Part shown: piece by piece, positions 55,746 to 57,772 of the stretch | How the letters are laid out: the number at the start of each line of letters is the position of its first letter | Numbering within the stretch: position 1 is the stretch's first letter | NCBI GenBank assembly: GCA_045632705.1 | Contig: JAZQXE010000086.1 | Location: 1-57,772 of the forward strand | Length of the DNA: 57,772 nt | Source of the DNA: Eubacteriales bacterium | GTDB lineage: Bacteria > Bacillota > Clostridia > Oscillospirales > CAG-272 | Direction: 5' to 3' | Notes under the pieces: model-generated | What the model was told of the DNA's origin: nothing | The model's input: only the letters and a program-made list of their open reading frames with translations | Databases searched by the model: none | Program-made: the position numbers and the translations under genes

Positions 55746-55779
55746 GATATGCTAAAGCACACCACTTAGATGCAGATAT
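55746..55779 (+). repeat. Inner 34-nt direct repeat, copy B
   Basis: GATATGCTAAAGCACACCACTTAGATGCAGATAT. Confidence 0.8.
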
Positions 55780-55895
55780 ATTATATCACAAAATCGCAAA
55801 AATGCAACACATTTTTTATTTTTTTCAAAAAACGTGCAATTTTCAAATTCTGTATACAACACAATTTTGAGATTTGATTCATATACCAAAACCAA

Positions 55896-55989
55896 GACAA
55901 CCGGATGAACCGGTAGCTTGAACAGCCAAATACGATGCAACAACAGGCTGCATCCACAAAGAAACGCCTGACACTTTGATACCGCATTA
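55896..55989 (+). repeat. Right copy of the 94-nt direct repeat
   Basis: GACAACCGGATGAACCGGTAGCTTGAACAGCCAAATACGATGCAACAACAGGCTGCATCCACAAAGAAACGCCTGACACTTTGATACCGCATTA. Confidence 0.9.
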
Positions 55990-56031
55990 AAAAAACGGAA
56001 GCATACTTTTAGAAAGTATCTTCCGTTTTTA
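55990..56031. terminator. Bidirectional terminator (rluD 3' end, right repeat)
   Basis: Arms AAAACGGAAGCATACTTT and AAGTATCTTCCGTTTT (stem with one mismatch). Confidence 0.8.
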
Positions 56032-56033
56032 TT

Positions 56034-56996
56034 TTATTTATCGCGCATTACGCGCAGCTTTGCGAGTATTGCTTCAAATTCGGCAGGCATATCGCACTCA
56101 AAACGCATCTGCTCGTTGCTTTTCGGATGGCGAAGAACAAGCTCTCTTGCATGCAGTACCTGTCCCGAGAGAAGACTTTTATTTTTCTTTTCAAAATCCG
56201 TATTGGGAGTACCGTACACCTCGTCTCCCATGAGTCTGTGACCGAGAGAAGCGAGATGGACTCGTATCTGATGAGTACGTCCCGTCTCAAGCACCAGCTC
56301 AAGATATGTAAACTGATAAAAGCGCTCAAGAACTCTGTAATGGGTAACGGCATCGCGCACGTGAGCGCTTGCATCGGCGTTTTTATATACTGCCATCCTC
56401 TTTCTGTCGGTGGGATGTCTGCCTATCGGCGCGTCGATAGTTCCCTCGTCCTCTTTGAAGTTGCCGACCGCTATCGCGCGGTAGACTCGCCTCGCTGAAT
56501 GTTCCTTTATCTGCTCGGAAAGGTCGATATGCGCCGCGTCGTTTTTGGCGCAGACGATAAGACCGCTCGTGTCCTTGTCTATCCTATGAACGATACCGGG
56601 GCGCAACTCACCGCCAATGCCCGACAGAGAATCTCTGCAACGGTACATAAGGGCGTTGACAAGAGTACCCGACTCGTTTCCTGCCGCGGGGTGTACGACC
56701 ATGCCCTTTGCCTTGTTCACGACGATGATATCGTCGTCCTCGTAGACTACGTCAAGCGGCAAGTCCTGCGCTTCAAGCTCGGTAAGGACGGGGTCGGCAA
56801 GCGTTACGCTTATCTCGTCTCCCACCTTTAGCTGATGCTTTTTTTGAGGGATGAGGGAATTGACTCTGACCTTTCCGTCTTCTATCTGTTTTGCCGCGTA
56901 GCTTCTGCTCATATCAAACTTCTGCGAAACGAAGCTGTCAAGTCTGCACGGCTCGTCCGTTTCAACGACCGTATACGTCAGTACGCGCTCACTCAT
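56034..56996 (-). CDS. rluD: 23S rRNA pseudouridine synthase, RluD/RluA family
   Basis: Start placed at ATG 56996 (MSERVLTYTV...). S4 domain RLDSFVSQ...GKVRVN and catalytic HRIDKDTSGLIV. It overlaps the lspA stop by 8 nt. Confidence 0.9.
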   Translation of the reverse strand: MSERVLTYTVVETDEPCRLDSFVSQKFDMSRSYAAKQIEDGKVRVNSLIPQKKHQLKVGDEISVTLADPVLTELEAQDLPLDVVYEDDDIIVVNKAKGMVVHPAAGNESGTLVNALMYRCRDSLSGIGGELRPGIVHRIDKDTSGLIVCAKNDAAHIDLSEQIKEHSARRVYRAIAVGNFKEDEGTIDAPIGRHPTDRKRMAVYKNADASAHVRDAVTHYRVLERFYQFTYLELVLETGRTHQIRVHLASLGHRLMGDEVYGTPNTDFEKKNKSLLSGQVLHARELVLRHPKSNEQMRFECDMPAEFEAILAKLRVMRDK

Positions 56997-57579
56997 CTTC
57001 ATTCTCTCCCGACGCGTCCGCTGCGTCAGAGTTGCCGCTTTCCCCCGCTGCCTCTGCCGAGTCGGCGTCTGCGGGAGCGGCCACGGTCGACTCTGCATCG
57101 GCAAGCTCTTTCTTCGTCTTTTCCGTATCAAAGAAAAGCACGTATATAAACATCAGCGCAGCGCCTATGCAAACGAGCGAATCCGCAACGTTGAAACACG
57201 GAAAATCTATCGGAACAAAGTAAATAAAGTCAACGACGTATCCGAGAGCTACCCTGTCTATCATATTTCCGATACCGCCCGATACGATGAGCGAAAGCGT
57301 AATTCCGAGAAACAGGGGGATATTCTTTCTCTTGACTATCACAAGCGCCACGACGGCAATAATGACGACCGTACTCACAGACATAAAAAGCCATCTGTGC
57401 TCGTCAAGCATTCCGAAAGCCGCACCGTCGTTTGATATACATCTGATGTGAAAGACACCCTCCCATACCTTAAGGTCGGGGGATGCGTCTATCGCAAAAT
57501 TTGCGCTGACCAGATATTTCGTTAGCTGGTCAAGACCAACTCCGAGCACTACTATCAAAGCGTAAATAAGTAATACCAT
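56989..57579 (-). CDS. lspA: Lipoprotein signal peptidase II with a 45-aa acidic C-terminal extension
   Basis: GGIGNMIDRVALGYVVDFI and FNVADS motifs. The tail is DTEKTKKELADAESTVAAPADADSAEAAGESGNSDAADASGENEDE. Confidence 0.9.
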   Translation of the reverse strand: MVLLIYALIVVLGVGLDQLTKYLVSANFAIDASPDLKVWEGVFHIRCISNDGAAFGMLDEHRWLFMSVSTVVIIAVVALVIVKRKNIPLFLGITLSLIVSGGIGNMIDRVALGYVVDFIYFVPIDFPCFNVADSLVCIGAALMFIYVLFFDTEKTKKELADAESTVAAPADADSAEAAGESGNSDAADASGENEDE

Positions 57580-57687
57580 TTCCGTTCCCTTTCATTATAT
57601 TACTTGTGCCGTAAGTGAAAAGCCGATCGGAATTATGCGTTTCAGAGAGCACTCATCCGATCGGCTTTGCATTATAGAAACAGGATC

Positions 57688-57772
57688 TTAGTTCTTGCCG
57701 AGAACAGAGGCGCAACGCTCACATATAAATCCGTCGCCGTCCTTTATTCCCTTGGAAGTCGGATCGTAGCCA
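57688..57772 (-). CDS. C-terminal fragment of an unidentified protein (possibly a DksA/TraR-type zinc-finger protein)
   Basis: The open frame from the window edge ends ...GYDPTSKGIKDGDGFICERCASVLGKN*. Only 28 codons are visible. Confidence 0.35.
   Translation of the reverse strand, partial: GYDPTSKGIKDGDGFICERCASVLGKN

Larger units (their letters stand above)
52745..55989. mobile_element. Putative integrated or relict genomic islet bounded by 94-nt direct repeats (no recombinase gene inside)
   Basis: The direct repeats at 52745-52838 and 55896-55989 have a 64-nt perfect core (52775-52838 equals 55926-55989) plus a 30-nt arm with 24/30 identity. The interior is moderately more AT-rich and encodes XRE/ImmA and toxin-immunity-like genes. 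Confidence 0.55.

Noticed and set aside
56997-57131. A 45-aa N-terminal extension of the rluD ORF (MIRKRRRKSLPMQSRPWPL...).
   Set aside because: It is Arg/Pro-rich, and it overlaps the acidic tail of lspA in another frame. The internal ATG at 56996 gives a canonical S4-domain N-terminus and an 8-nt overlap with the lspA stop, which is typical of coupling.

Overview
This is a 57.8-kb chromosomal segment. By inference it comes from a Gram-positive anaerobe of the Clostridia, Ruminococcus/Oscillospiraceae-like. The clues are two dockerin-bearing secreted proteins, a glmS ribozyme, SpoIID- and CotH-type proteins and Firmicutes-style SD sites. Most of the window is G+C-rich (sampled 60-nt lines run about 50-60 % G+C) and carries housekeeping and accessory genes. 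These are potCD, a CopA P-type ATPase, two paralogous Asp-box propeller surface proteins, lactate permease, a peptidoglycan-binding protein, two tandem CotH lipoproteins, glmS/glmM, two pairs of ABC exporter half-transporters (one pair with MarR), rsmG-nrnA-rbfA, an LRR-dockerin protein, a GT2-GtrA fusion, a HAD phosphatase and rluD-lspA. Two compositionally distinct inserts stand out. (1) At 34.3-40.4 kb there is a complete, strongly AT-rich class 2 type V-A CRISPR-Cas locus: cas12a-cas4-cas1-cas2, a leader, and a 5-repeat/4-spacer array whose repeats end in AAUUUCUACUAUUGUAGAU. It is bracketed by related hairpins in inverted orientation. (2) At 52.7-56.0 kb there is a 3.15-kb cassette bounded by 94-nt direct repeats with a 64-nt perfect core. 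It has no recombinase. It carries an XRE/ImmA regulatory pair behind a consensus promoter, a translationally coupled DUF4417 and Gly/Ser-rich toxin-like pair, an acidic immunity-like ORF and a DUF4926 gene interrupted by an in-frame stop. This cassette is the best candidate here for an uncharacterised conflict or defence module. One cis-regulatory RNA, the glmS ribozyme, is recognisable with high confidence. No tRNA or rRNA genes were seen. All family assignments come from motif recognition by eye; no database searches were run.
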